DNA of 64,000 bases. Origin: Sphagnum compactum (Eukaryota). The notes under the pieces were generated by a model. It made no database searches and was not told the origin of the DNA. It was given only the letters and a program-made list of their open reading frames with translations. The stretch covers positions 2,790,001-2,854,000 of the forward strand of contig OZ234494.1 of the NCBI GenBank assembly GCA_965153455.1, in the 5' to 3' direction. Below are positions 50,531-63,786 of this stretch, piece by piece. Numbering within the stretch: position 1 is the stretch's first letter; the number at the start of each line of letters is the position of its first letter. Both the position numbers and the translations under genes were made by a program.

Positions 50531-51610
50531 AGTTTTTTAATACCCTCTTTGTTTGATCTTGTAAGCAATTTACATAGTGCCACCATCACCTCCACACATC
50601 TACATATATGAAATGGGTGATTAATTAAAGTGACTTCCAAATTTGCAAAGATTCAGTACCTTAGTTAGTACCCCTTCGCAAATTCAACATAAATTATATT
50701 ATTTGTAAAAAATGTTGAAAAAAAGATTCATTAAAGGCCAAAAAAAAAAACAAAAAAAAAAACTTCTATGAACAAAACTAGAGATTTTTTTGGAATTTTC
50801 AAAAAATATTCTATTTTTCAACAAGGAACCTTTTTCAAAGTTAATTAAATTAATTAATCAAGACACCTTGCACTCAGCAATTTTTTTGGGTCCAGACTTT
50901 CATCAAAAAGATATTATTATTATTATTATTATTATTATTTTAATATGGGAATATTCCGACATGATATTCTCATTTTTTTCCAGAAAGTTCAGGATAACAA
51001 ATGTTTCAAGATAATTTCATCACATCTGAATTCTGATTTATGCAAATTGAATAGCATTCTATTTTTTAAAAACTAGATTTTTAACCATTTTGAGAGGTTA
51101 TATAAAAACACATCGTAGCTTAACGGATTTTTATAGGCCCCTACTAGGTAATAATAATAATAATAAAAATAGGTCCATTTTTATATGAGGATTTTTTGAA
51201 AGATGATAGATATTTTTTTGGCTATTGTGTTGAAACTTGAGATTAGTTATAATAGAGTTATAATAATATCTTGAAGGATTTTGGTTTCAAAACATCATGC
51301 AATTCTTTATTATTATTTTTTAAAAACATTTTATGTAGTAAAAAACTAACTACTAATGAAATCATGAAAGCTCTTTAACCTAAATCCAAAAAAGTTGCAA
51401 AAGAGATTATCCATGCCAAATAGGACATGAGGAAAATTGTTTTGTGTCATTAAACCAAATCTTTGCCTCAATAAAAAAAGACATCAAATTGCAATACATT
51501 AGATATGAATCCCAAATAAGAAAGCATTTTGAAGAACATGGTGCAATGATGGAGTCATTTCATACACTATTCAACCCGATCTCATTCAATAATAACTCCA
51601 AAGAAATCTA

Positions 51611-51633
51611 AAACCCTAAACCCTAAACCCTAA
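51611..51633. repeat. Interstitial telomere-type repeat (AAACCCT)3
   Basis: AAACCCTAAACCCTAAACCCTAA. Confidence 0.85.
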
Positions 51634-52476
51634 TTTTGTGTTGAACTCCAAATGCAATAGAGGGATGTTTACATATTCCCAAGCACATTTGAGCTTCTCT
51701 CGTACACTCCATGTTCAGTGAACAACAGACTATCCACAAAAATAAGTAACTGAAACCAAGTTTCCATTTGCAAATCTGCTTGTGCTACCACTACACTAAT
51801 CTTCAAAAGGACCCAATGACGAGAATTGATTCCCCTGATCAATTGACCGTCCAAATGATTCACCCATGTGATGGCATTTAACTTTTCCATGTTTTATTGG
51901 TGAGGATGGAGGAATAACATCATGCACATGGCTTTGTGCATTTGTGTGCTCAAATGCCCAAAAGCAAAAAACCCTACAAATACCTGGGAGGAAAAATGAA
52001 GTGGTGACAGAGAGAGAAAGCATGAGTGTGAAAATCAAGGATCCTTGACATTTCAACAAATGGGAACAAGCCACACTACAACATGGTAGCTAATGGTGAA
52101 TTGGTGGATCTTAATTGATACCCACCATGTGAAAACAAATGAGTGGATGGGTGGGCTCCCAATTGATACTCACCGCATCAAAAATGAGTGAAAAGATGGG
52201 TGGGTCCCAACTCATACCCAGCAAGTGAAAACAAAATGAGAGTCATCTACATCGAGGCTACAAATGAAAGACCCACCCAAACCCATTTGCACAAAATGTA
52301 CAAGGGATGAACAGAGAATCCCCACACTGTTCAATAAAGGTAAGCCACTAGTTAGTGAGTGGGTGTGTACAAATGGGTGTGTTACTTTAAGAAGAGCTTA
52401 GCTGTGATTTTCAAGAAGAGATATGAAGCTTCAGATCTGGAGATACAACACACGCACCACTCATGTTTTGCATGTA

Positions 52477-55400
52477 TCATCTCTGAGGGCTGAAGAAATT
52501 TGAAGGCTTCATGGGTGAAGAATGCACAGCTCGAAGCTCACTCAACCTTCTCTTTTCCCCAGCTATCCTTGTCTGCAAAAACATCGAGTTCCATCCAGTC
52601 TGGGAATAAGTCACCTGATAATGTCTAGTGATAAAATAAGCTGCTTTGTGATTCCGGGTTTAGGGTTTAGGGTTTAGGGTTTAGAACATTCATTACCTTG
52701 AGCTTCAGGTCTGAGATCTCTTGTTCCATGGACTGGAGCCGGTCCTCAATTTGCTTTAAACCTTCCAGGGCCAAGGACTGATCCATTTCCTTGCCATGCT
52801 GAGAAATTCCTGCAACCTGTTTGTTACCACCCAATACAAACCAACTGTAAGAAAAAAAATATCCATTGTTGCAACCCAGTGTACAAACTTCCTATAAGAC
52901 AGAAAACAAGTCATTGTGACAAAATGCTTCAAACTACAACAAATACTAAAAGCAAAGAGAAAAGAAAGATCAAAATCAGGATACATTATTGCATCATACC
53001 TGCAGTATGCTAGTGCACAGACTGACAAACTTTTGAGCCATCTGTACATTGCTCTCCTCCGCCTCCTGTGGATATTCACACAAACCCATCTCTCTCTCTC
53101 AGGATGAGGATGCCCATTTGTGAAACTCCCCAACTTGTATGGTACTTTTGTGTAGTCAATTCTGTTCATGTTAGTCCTTTCTTTCCCTCAGAAAAGAAGC
53201 CTGTTTTGTATTAAAGAAAGAGACATGTGCATTGTTTTTCCTGAAAAACGTGAGAGTTTCTTCTTCATTCCTCACCTGAAGCTTGCTGCGGAGACATTGC
53301 TCCTCATCAATGTTGAGGAACGGGGTCTTTCCATCTGCAATTCGGTACCGTGCCAACTCATCATTTACCCTTGCCAACAAAATGTCGCTCCGCCGTAATT
53401 TCACATTCAAGTCTTCATTTTGAAGTCGTAGTGCATTGTTCTCCTCCTAATACCCGCCACCACAGGCACCCATGTGCTGATCAACCACTTGCTCTATCAC
53501 AATATCTCCTCCCCACCATAAAATCACAAATGCAAGATCTGATTCAATTCACATTTTTTCTTGCTACCTTGATTCTTGCATGATGATGAATTCGTTGCTG
53601 TATGTTTTGTTGCCCAGAGAGCTTCTTCACATCTTTTTCAAGCTCCCCAATCCTCTTTTGGTCTTCTGTGTTCTCAGCCTGGTTCTCGGCAAACCAACAG
53701 TTATTCTAATGCCAATGCAAGCACAACTTGAAACTTGCAAGAAAAGCTTGGTTCTATAACATGACATCAGGAATGTTGTAGACTTTTCCAATCCTTGCTC
53801 TGCTTGATGATGAACAACACTCGACAAACCAGAGTGGAGTGCAGGACAGGTCTCCAACTAGTACCTTCAGATTCTCATTTTCAGCTGTGAGCGCCTGATT
53901 CCGTTGTCGCATCTTCTCCACTGAGACACGAGCAGCCACCATTTCAGCTTGCCTTCGGTTGATTTCTTCAAGCCAACTGCAAACATACCAACCCAAAAGA
54001 AATCGGCAGACCATTCTAGACAAATGACAATCATACTGAGGACGTCATCTAGTGACCCATGTGATCTAAACTCTGCAAAAGTGATCATTATGAAGTAAGG
54101 GAAATCACTTCTTTTCTATTCTGATTTCCAATGTTTTGTTCTACACCATACCTCTCTCTTTCCTCAATGAAATCATTTAGCTGGCTCCTTATGTGCGTCA
54201 TTTCATCTGCTTCCTGGTCTGGGGGTTGGGTTGTGATCTTCTCTGTAGTTGCCGCCACATCCACTTGGGCTGTGAATTTTTGTACCTGCTGTTGTGTCAC
54301 CTAAGGCACCACCATGGAAGAAAGTCAGAAAAAAATGCATAACAGAGAACTCTAAAAAGTTCCAAACATGGCATCGTCTGCAAGCAACAAATGTCCAACA
54401 ATCAAGACGACTATCCAATGATTGAAATGCAAGTACAGAACTGAAGAGGATCGGTCAGGGCTCATGCACAATGAACTCACAGCATAGTTGGAGATATCGA
54501 GCTTTACACCCAGTAATTCTCGGACAATGTCATGTGTCATGCTCTCAGCTTCTGCCAGTCTTGTGTTCAACAAAAATATCTGCACCCAAAACAATGCAAA
54601 ATCATACATACACTCCCCAACAACATCAGCACATGCATTTGTCTTACAACAGTATGTCCAGAAAAGAAATGGTGTTCTCTTAAGGCTCAGGTAGCAGCAA
54701 CAAAAAAAGAAGAACAGCCCACCTCTTTCTGCCGGGAGGTAGCAAGGGCATCAAGTTCTTCGATGCGGCGTTGATGTGCAGATAGCTCAGCATCTAACTC
54801 TGAGTTCATCTGCTGCGACAAACCCTTTCCCATACACTTAAACGGAGATCCAGGTCCTTTGAAGGGAGATCCACCTCCTTTGAAAGGTGACTTGGATCTC
54901 TTATCACCTGCTTTCGGTGTCACTGGAACGCCTAAGCTTGCTCTCCGATCTTCCACCTTCACTTGCTCAACCATTGCTTCCAAGCTTTTCAGCTGCTCAC
55001 ACAGACACAAGACAAGACACCAACAACACTGAATAGCACATTCTTGCACTCTTGCACATACAGACTCCAATTCTTGCATACTTGCAAAAGACATTCCCTT
55101 CAATCTCAACAAAAGGATAAAATGAGGCAGCAGCAAAGATGACCTTTTGCTGATACTCGGTTGCTTGTCCTACTGCAGCATGCATCAGATCGGAGATGCG
55201 GGTCTTTGAATTCTCAATCTGGTATTCTCACAAAGCACAGGATAGTTAGGATTAGGGACAACTCACAAACACATAAAACTGAATAACATCAGCAGCAGCA
55301 GCAGCAACAATAGAAGACAGCACACCACCTGAATATCTTTCTCTTGACATTGGGTCTGTAAGATCTCTAGCTGGTTGTTTGCCTGTGTCAATTCTGACTC

Positions 55401-58400
55401 CAACTCCTGAAGCCTCCTGTGATTGGTGGGCACAAATTCCAGAAAGACGAGCATCATTGATGGGTAGTAGATGGAAAGAAACCACATTCAGTGAAATTAC
55501 CCATTTCCTATAATAGTTTTCTTCAAAGTCCAATCACCTCCTGAGGTTTGGGAAACAGGTTGGGAGAACATGACCCACCTTTCCTTGTCTTCTTTAGTGG
55601 CTTGTGCTTCTTGAAGATCATTGAGGATCCGAGATAAGGATTCTCCAAGTGAGCTGACCTCCTGTTCTCCTCGATTCACATGTGATTTCAAGAGCGTTGC
55701 AGCCTGATACCATATAATGACAAGAGAAAACCACTGAGCGCATGATGCAGCAACACAGTGATGTTGTTTCCACATAACTAACTCTCTGTGGCATTTCTTA
55801 GTACGACTTTCAAACCAGTAATCTATGTACAAAACATGTCCACAAGTCATAAGATACCTCATAGACATCAGTTGTGATCGCCTCCTGCTGTGTTGCATGT
55901 GCTTTTGCCACCTCAAGTTCCTGCTTCAGGAGTAACAGATCTGTCTGGATTGCATCCATTTCTGACTCTAGAGCTGCCACTTTCGCTTGCAGATTCATGT
56001 TGTGTTCCTTCAGCCGACTGTACTCTTGTTCCTGGCAAGCAGCAGAAGCAACTGTGTTCTCCCGTAACAAGTCAAGCTCCTTAACTTTCTCATGAAGTTC
56101 TGCTTTCATCTTGGTCATCACTTCCAAATGGGTGCTCTTCATCACAGTGAGATGCTCATTTTTCTCCTCAAGCTTTGAATGAAGCTCTACAATACTCAAG
56201 TCCTTTTCAGAAACAGAAGCCAGTAGTTTGGCCACCGCAGCCTTTGCTGACTCAAGCTCAACTGCAGTCACTTCCTGTTGTGCTTTGGCAGTGCAATGAT
56301 TTCTTTCTTCAAGTGCCTTGATCTCAGCTTCAGCTGTGCACCTTGCTGCTTGTGAGTGCTGTAGCTCATCCTCAACAGCACCCAATACAGTTTGCAATCT
56401 TACAACCTCATTCATATTCTCTTGTAAGAGCTTTTCCATATTTTGGAGCTCAAGATGCTTGCTTTCTTCAAGTGTCTTGACCTCAGCTTCAGCTGTGCAC
56501 CTTGCTGCTTGTGAGCTCTGGAGCTCATCCTCCGCAGCACCCAATGCAGATTGCAACCTTACAACCTCATTCATATTCTCTTGTAAGAGCTTTTCCATAC
56601 TTTGGAGCTCAAGATTCTTGCTTTCTTCAAGTGTCTTGACCTCAGCTTCAGCTGTGCACCTTGCTGCTTGTGAGCTCTGGAGCTCATCCTCCGCAGCACC
56701 CACTGCAGTTTGCAACCTTTCAACATCATTCATATTCTCTTGTAAGAGCTTTTCCATACTTTGGAGCTCGAGATGCTTTCTTTCTTCAAATGCCTTGATC
56801 TCAGCTTCAGCTGTGCACCTTGCTGCTTGTGAGTGCTGGAGCTCATCCTCAGCAGCACCCAATGCAGCTTGCAACCTAACAACCTCACTCCTATTCTCTT
56901 GTAAGAGCTTTTCCATCCTTTGGAGCTCGAGATGGTTTTTTTCTTCAAGTGCCCTGATCTCAGCTTCAGCTGTGCACCTCATTGCTTGCAAGAGCTGGAG
57001 CTCATCCTCAGCCACATCCAATGCAGCTTGCAACCTTACAACCTCATTCATATTCTCTTGTAAGAGCTTTTCCGTCATCTGAAGCTGGAGATCATTTTTT
57101 TCTTCAAGTGCCTTGATCTCAGCTGCAGCTGCTTGTGAGCACCGGAGCTCATCCTCAGAAGCACCCAATGCAGCTTGCAACCTGACAACCTCACCACTCG
57201 TATTCTCTGGTAAGAACGTTCCCTCCACAGCTCCCAAGGCAACTTGCAACCTTAGATCCTCACTAATATCCTCTTGTAAGAGTGTTTCCATCCTTTCAAG
57301 CTGGAGATGATTTCTCTCTTCAAGCACCTTGATCTCAGCTTCAGCAGCACATCTCACTGCCTGCGAGCACTGAAGCTCATCCAATGCAGCATCCAATGCA
57401 GTTTGCAACCTTACAACCTCACTCATCTTCTCTTGTAAGATTGTTTCCATCCCTTGAAGCTTTTCATGTAATGCCACCATGGTTGTTTGAGCTTTCTCTT
57501 GTGCTTTGGATATGTCCTCCTTGTATGTGAGAATCTCGGTTTTCAGTTCCTTGTTAACGGTACCAAGCACCATCTCCTCCCGTAGAGATTCAATTTCTTC
57601 AGCCAAGCTACCAACTACTCTGAGACATAGATCAATCGTCACGTCAACCTCATCTTGTGCCATAGCAAGCGCTGCAATGGTGTCCAACTCTGCGTTTTTG
57701 GTTGCTAGCTCCTGAGCAAGGAAAAGCCTTTCATTCTCAAACTTCCATCCTTCGGCATCACTCTTGGCACTGAGCTTTGCTTGCACTAATGCATCCACCA
57801 CCATTTCAGCCTCTCCCAAAGCAGCTTGATTTGTCTCAAAGTTTCTCGACAAACTCACTGTCTCCCGGCTTTGTTGGTGTGCAAAGAACCTTGCTTCATC
57901 CCTTTCCATGAGCAGGGTCTCTCTCTCCCTTCTCCAGGTGCCTTCCAACTCAACCATCTGTGCTTGTGTCTCTGCCACAATACCCATCACTTTGAGCATC
58001 TCGTTTTCCAATGCTTCCACCTCCCTCTGCCTTGCATTGATCTCCTGCTTAGCTACCATCAGCTCTTCTACAAGCTTCTCCTTCTCCTGCATTGTTTTCT
58101 CTATCTCCATCTCCGCTTCCTTGTAGTGTGACTGAGCTGCAACCAACTCCATCTGTGCACATGAAATTGTATTGTCTCTGTTCTGAAGCCCCACTTCAAG
58201 CCTCTCACATTTCTCTGTCATGGTCTTGAGCTCTTCTTTGACAATGTCAAAAACTCGTTTTCTTACACCATTATCTTTACCAGAGAAAACCAACCCATTT
58301 TCATCATCAAGAGTCCTCAGAAGAGTCTCTTCTGCAGTATGCTGATCCAGACAAACTGAAGTCTCTGCAAGAAACCCCCTCTCCAAACACATCTTCTTCT

Positions 58401-61400
58401 CTTCCTCCCATGCCTTTCTTACAATGTTCAACTCCGTTCTTTGTGTCAACAATTCATTGGCTTGAATTGCCCCTTCTTCCATATGTGCCTTCATCATAGA
58501 GAGCAACTGCCGCTGTAGCTCAACAAACTCCTGCTTGGTCTCATTGACCGTCTTCAATAGCAGGGCTTTCCCAAAGCTCAATTCTTCCTTCAGGAACAAA
58601 ACCCCTTGTTCTTTTTCACATATTGCAGATGTAAGCAGCATCGTCTCATGTGCCAACTCCTGGAAAAGAAAAGAAAAAAAAAACTTGACACCCAGTTAGG
58701 TGTCCACTGCCTGCTCCAACCCATCATACATACCCAAACTTTTGCAAGCCAACAAAATCCACCTGATATGACAGGTCCCATGTCCATTATGACAGTTCCC
58801 AAGTTACATCCATATGTCATTGTACAGAAGAATGTGTCCAGGCAGGTGCACCAGTGATCTTACCTGAAGCTGCTGATACAGATCACAGGATTCCTGCTTG
58901 GCAAGCTTTAACTCAAGGTTCAGACTTTCACACTTGCTCACTTCCAGCTGCACCTTTTCTTCACTCTGCACATGACCCCCACAAAGATGCAGTCTTGATT
59001 CAAATTCTGGCTCTTCTTCTTCTTCTTTACTCTGCTTCATGATGATCCTTCCAAATTTCATCTCCGAAAACATCCATCATAACCATGATGCACCAGTCCC
59101 TCAGAAAAGAAGTTGAGGACATTGATTTTAGCATTTCCTATCATGTCTCTGTGTCAAAAGTACTGTGTACCTGCTGGAGCTCCAGCTTGAGATTCGCAAT
59201 GATTTGAACATTCTGAGCTTGTGCCATTTCTTGTCCAACAGTGGCATAAGCAGTAGCCATGTTCAGATCCCTTTCCTTCTCAAGTGCTTCCGATTTCAAA
59301 TCTTCAACCACATCTTGCAGTTCATTCAATTGCCTGCTCAAGATTTACACAGAATCCACACACAATTTTAGTGTTGAAAAATAGGAGTCTTTCTCACTCA
59401 AGGTCAGCTCAGAGTGGGCAAAATTTGTACCTTTCTAGTACAGTATGTGACTGTAGACAGGAGACAAGTTTAGCACGACATTCAATGAGCTCAGAGTTGT
59501 ATTTTTCTGCCTGCAAATTGATAAACCGAGCAGCAATTTAGAAAAACCCCAAAACCTGCAACAAATGCATCCCGAAATGTCATTCAACTTGCCATATATG
59601 GATTCCGCATATGCTGCTGAACAATGGGTACTTGCCTCAATCTGCAGCAGCTCATTTTCATGTGCTAGCTTTTCAGATATTGCAGCCTGTAGAGCTTCTT
59701 CATTCACCTTGACTGCAAGACTCTCATTTTCGACCAGCCTCTCCTCCTCTGTAACAACAACATCCCTCTCCAAATGACACTCTTCTTCTTCTCCTTCTTC
59801 CAGCTCCCATGGTTGTCTGGTTGTTATTCTGGTGGTTCTTTCCTCCATTTCCATCAAAATACCATCAGTCTGAATCTCAGCTTGGTCCATTCGACCTGTC
59901 ATAATAGACCATGCCTGCTGTGCTGCCACATACTTCTGCTCAATTGTACTCAGTGTCTTCATCAAGGTTTCTTTCTCCACGTTCCATGCTTCCATCGCCA
60001 TTGCCAGTTCTTGTTCTTTCTCAGATGTAAGCTGCAGAGCTTCATTTGCCTCCTGTGAAAGCCTCTCATTTACAACCCACATCTCTGAAATCTCCCTCTC
60101 CAAACACACTTTCTCTTCTTCCCAAGCTTGTTTGGCAATGGCAAGCTCCTTCATTTCCACTGGCAGAGCATCAACATGAATCTCTGCTTCTACCTCCATG
60201 CAATGATGGCTCATGATCAAGAGTGGCTCCTGCTGTGCAGCAGCAGCAGCAGCAGCAGCAGCAACATGCTGATCTTGATCAGTCTCACCCACTGTCTCAA
60301 TTTGGGTTGTTTCTTTCTCCAAGCTCTGATCTGCAACTCTCTCACACGAAAATCCTCGTTCTTCATCAGATACCTCAGATGCAACCACCGGCAGCAGAGC
60401 TTGATTTGAAACCCTAGAAAGCCTCTCGATTTCAACCTGCATCTCTGACACTTCCCTCTCCAAACATGCCTTCTCATTCTCCCATGCTTGTGTGGCTATG
60501 CCAAGCTCCTCATCAGCTTGAATCTCTGCTTGCTCCATGCGATCTGTCATGATACACAGTGCCGACTGCACCGCAACATACTCCTGCTCCATCATGTTCA
60601 ATCTCCTCATCAGTGTCGCTTTCTCCGAGCTCCACGCTTCCATCAGGATTGACTGCTCTTTCTCAAACACCATAGATGCAATCTGTAGAGCTTCATCAAC
60701 CTCCACAGCAAGGATTTCCTTGTTTTCAAGCTGCATCTCCGAAACCTCCCTCTGCAAATGGATCTTCTCTTCATCCCACACTAGTCTAGCTCTGGTAAGC
60801 TCCTTCAATTCCATAGACATTGTAGTGGCTCGAATCTCTGCTTCCTTCATGCAATCCTTCATTGTCCCAAGCGTCTGCTGTGCCTTGGCATACTCCTGCT
60901 TCATCTCCATCAATGTTTTAATCAGCATTTCTTTCTCCAAGTTCCACTCTTCCCACTCAGACAGTCCTTTCTCAGATACTGTAGACACAAGCTGCAGAGC
61001 TTCATTCACCTCCACTGCAAGTCTCTCATTTTCCACCTTCATTTCAGAAACCTCCATCTCCAAGCGTGCCTTCTCTTCCTCCCAGGATTCCCTGGCTATG
61101 GTAAGCACCTTCACTTCCATAGACAGTGCATCAGCTCGAATCTCTACTTCCTTCATGCAATCCTTCATGGCTGAGAGCATGTGCTGTGTCTCAGCATACA
61201 CCTTCTCAGTGTCGCTCAGTGTCTTGATCAGCATTTCTTTCTCTGAGTACCATTCTTCCCGTGCAAGTGACAGTTCTTTCCCTTTCTCGGACACCGCAGA
61301 TGCAAGCTGCAAAGCTTCTTCGTTAGCCTCAGCTGCAAGCCTCTCCTTCTCAACCTGCATCTCATTTTCCATGTCCATCAGCTGTGCTTGCATAGAGGTA

Positions 61401-63786
61401 ATGGCAAGAGCTGTTTCCATCTCTGCTTGTGAGCGTGACCAATCCATTTCTTGTTGCTGCGCACTCATCATGACTTGCTCTTGCTGAAACTTCGCATTCA
61501 GCTCTTGGGCTATTGCAAGCTCCTTCTTTGCTTGATCAAGCTTGTCCACAAGTGCACTCCTTTCCGGCTCACTGGGTATGTCCACCTGCTGCTTCACTAC
61601 TTCTGATTCCACGCCATCACAACGAAGCTCTTGCTTCTGCTCATCCTCCTTCATCAGTTCCCATTCCAACTGGTTGATTTTCCTCTTCAGAAAGCGTTCT
61701 CTATCTTCCCTCCTCTTCAGTCTTCGCACCATCTTCTCATGTTCCAATTGCAGGCTCTGGAGCGCAGTAACAGATAAAAGTAGCTTCTTTTCTGCCGCCG
61801 GTGCTGCTGCTCCAACCACAGTTCCCTCCTCCTCCTCCTCCTCCACCTCCTTCTCAAGTTTGCAAGCTGCTGGTTCATCCTTCAACTCAGCACAACTTCT
61901 TCTTACCATGAGCTCTGCTGCCAATAGTCTTTCCTCAACTTCTTTTGTGCAAAGATCACACTCCTCAAGCAACATAGCTTCATGTTCCAACGACTCCTGG
62001 AACAAAGCATGACCAAATCCACAATGGGTATTACCACAATCCTCAGTGCCATCTGTAGTGTCATTTTTAGTGACAAAAAAAGAGATCAAGAACTCACAGT
62101 GCACATAGAGCTTCTTTTATGGGAAGTTTGCAATAATTGATTTTACCTGAAGCTGGCGATGCAAGTCCTGCGACTCCTGCAATGCGGCCTTTAACTCAAG
62201 CTCCAGACTTTCACACCTGCTTGCTTCCAGCTTTGCCCTTTCTTCGCTCTGCACATCATGCTACCATCATGATGATCAGCTTCCAGATTTTCCGAACTCC
62301 ACAGGGATACCAATACTGCTAATCCAACTTATAAACTGGATGTGATGTTTTTGCCAGACTGAGTTCTTTATGTTGATGGACAGGCGCAGCTCTATTTACC
62401 TGCTGGAGTTCCAGCTTGAGGTCTGCAATAAGTTGAGCATTCTGCCTCTGTTCCTCTTCTACAGCAGCAACCTGAGCAGTCAAGTTCAGATCCACTTCCT
62501 TTGCACATGCCTCTGATTTCAGTTCTTCAACTACACCTTGCAGCTCATCCACCTGCCTGCTCAATGAACCCATGCACATGACCCACAATTTAGTATTTGC
62601 ACTGTGTAAGTGCCCATTATTTTCTTTCTTATCTTCAAAAGGAAACAGGAAGAAGAGTCGCAGAAAAGTCTGTACCTTTCCAATGCAACTTGGGACTGGA
62701 GACATGACGTGAGCTTACTCTGACACTCATCCAGCTCGGAGCGGTATCTGTCGGCCTGCTCAAAAGTGAGAGAAAAAAAATTCTCTCAGAAAAATTCCAA
62801 AATTTATACTATTATCGGTAGAATGACCCAATAGGCACAGGCTAAAGAATGTGTACCTCAATGCGTAGCAGCTCATTTTCATGAGCTTTTACACCAAGCT
62901 CAGAAGTAGCCTCTGCCTTCTGTTCATTGACAACACCTTGCAGCTCATCGATTTGCCTGCTCACAATTGCACACAACTTACACACAAACTTAGCATATTA
63001 TTCACCAAAAGCATCTTTTCTTGGTGGTTTATTCAGCACCTAAAAGGAAAGTAAAAATCATACCTCTCAAGTGCTGATTGCGACTGAAGGCAAGAGGTGA
63101 GGTTATTGCGACACTCATCAAGCTCGGAACGGTAATTATCAGCCTGCATTTCAAAACACCAGAGAAAAATGTTAATACAAAGACAAATTCACAAATCACA
63201 AAGACAAAAACAAATCCAAAATACCATTCTTCTTCCCCTCCTTGCAGCAGCCCAGCTTCTGGATGGACTGATGATCCACAAAGTGTTACCTCGATGCGCA
63301 GCAACTCAATCTCACGAGCATTTGCAGCAATCTCTGGTGCCAGCAGCTTCTTCTGAATAAAACAGAGCACAACAAGGTCAGTGGGGTGCAGAGCTTCACC
63401 CAAAAATCATAAGTAGTTTCCACAGAGAAAAAGCCACATGGATGGGTTTGACAAAATTCTGATCATGGGTATTGGCAGTTAAGAAGAAAATCCCACACCT
63501 GTGGAGTCGTCAGGGGAACAAGACCTTGCTCTAGTGCAATTTTTCCTTCCAGCACATCCAACAACTGGAAGCAACCATACCCACAAAATAAAAAAAGATC
63601 TCAATACATGTAAGAACTACACATAATTTCTGTTTTCCTATGAACCTTGCTAGCAATCATCAGGTGTAGTGGCACCTCTGTCGAATCTCTTATCAACATG
63701 GATCCTTTTTGTTTTGTACCTTATCACGCAGGTTGACAATCTCCTGTGCCATAACATCACGATCGCCTTGTTGGAATTCCTTTAAG
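52477..63786 (-). CDS. 3' part of a giant kinesin-12 (POK1/POK2-like); motor domain lies beyond the window. Includes large exons 61996-59636 and 58659-55858 and about 22 small exons, down to the stop at 52477-52479
   Basis: POK-type C-terminus GSPFKCMGKGLSQQMNSE...RQKE|IFLLNTRLAEAESMTHDIVRELLGVKLDISNYA, KLSGQQNIQQRIHHHARIK|EENN and QMAQKFVSLCTSILQ. Post-motor segment DRDVMAQEIVNLRDK|LLDVLE. Exons are phase-consistent. Confidence 0.9.
52656..52684. repeat. (GGGTTTA)4 telomere-type repeat in the last intron of the kinesin-12 gene
   Basis: GGGTTTAGGGTTTAGGGTTTAGGGTTTAG lies immediately inside the intron donor. Confidence 0.9.
56297..57450 (-). repeat. Coding tandem repeat, 159 bp / 53 aa, 5 near-identical and 2-3 degenerate copies
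   Basis: CTTGTAAGAG at 56421, 56580, 56739, 56898 and 57057 (period 159). Unit EKLLQENMNEVVRLQAALGAAEDELQxSQAARCTAEAEIKxLEExKHLELQxM. Confidence 0.95.

Noticed and set aside
52005-52025. miR156/miR535-like sequence TGACAGAGAGAGAAAGCATG
   Set aside because: Several mismatches to both mature sequences, and no complementary star arm seen nearby.
56318-57082. 254-aa plus-strand ORF (also 60537-61487 and 61542-62012)
   Set aside because: Ser/Cys-rich antisense shadows of the Glu/Lys-rich repetitive kinesin-12 exons.
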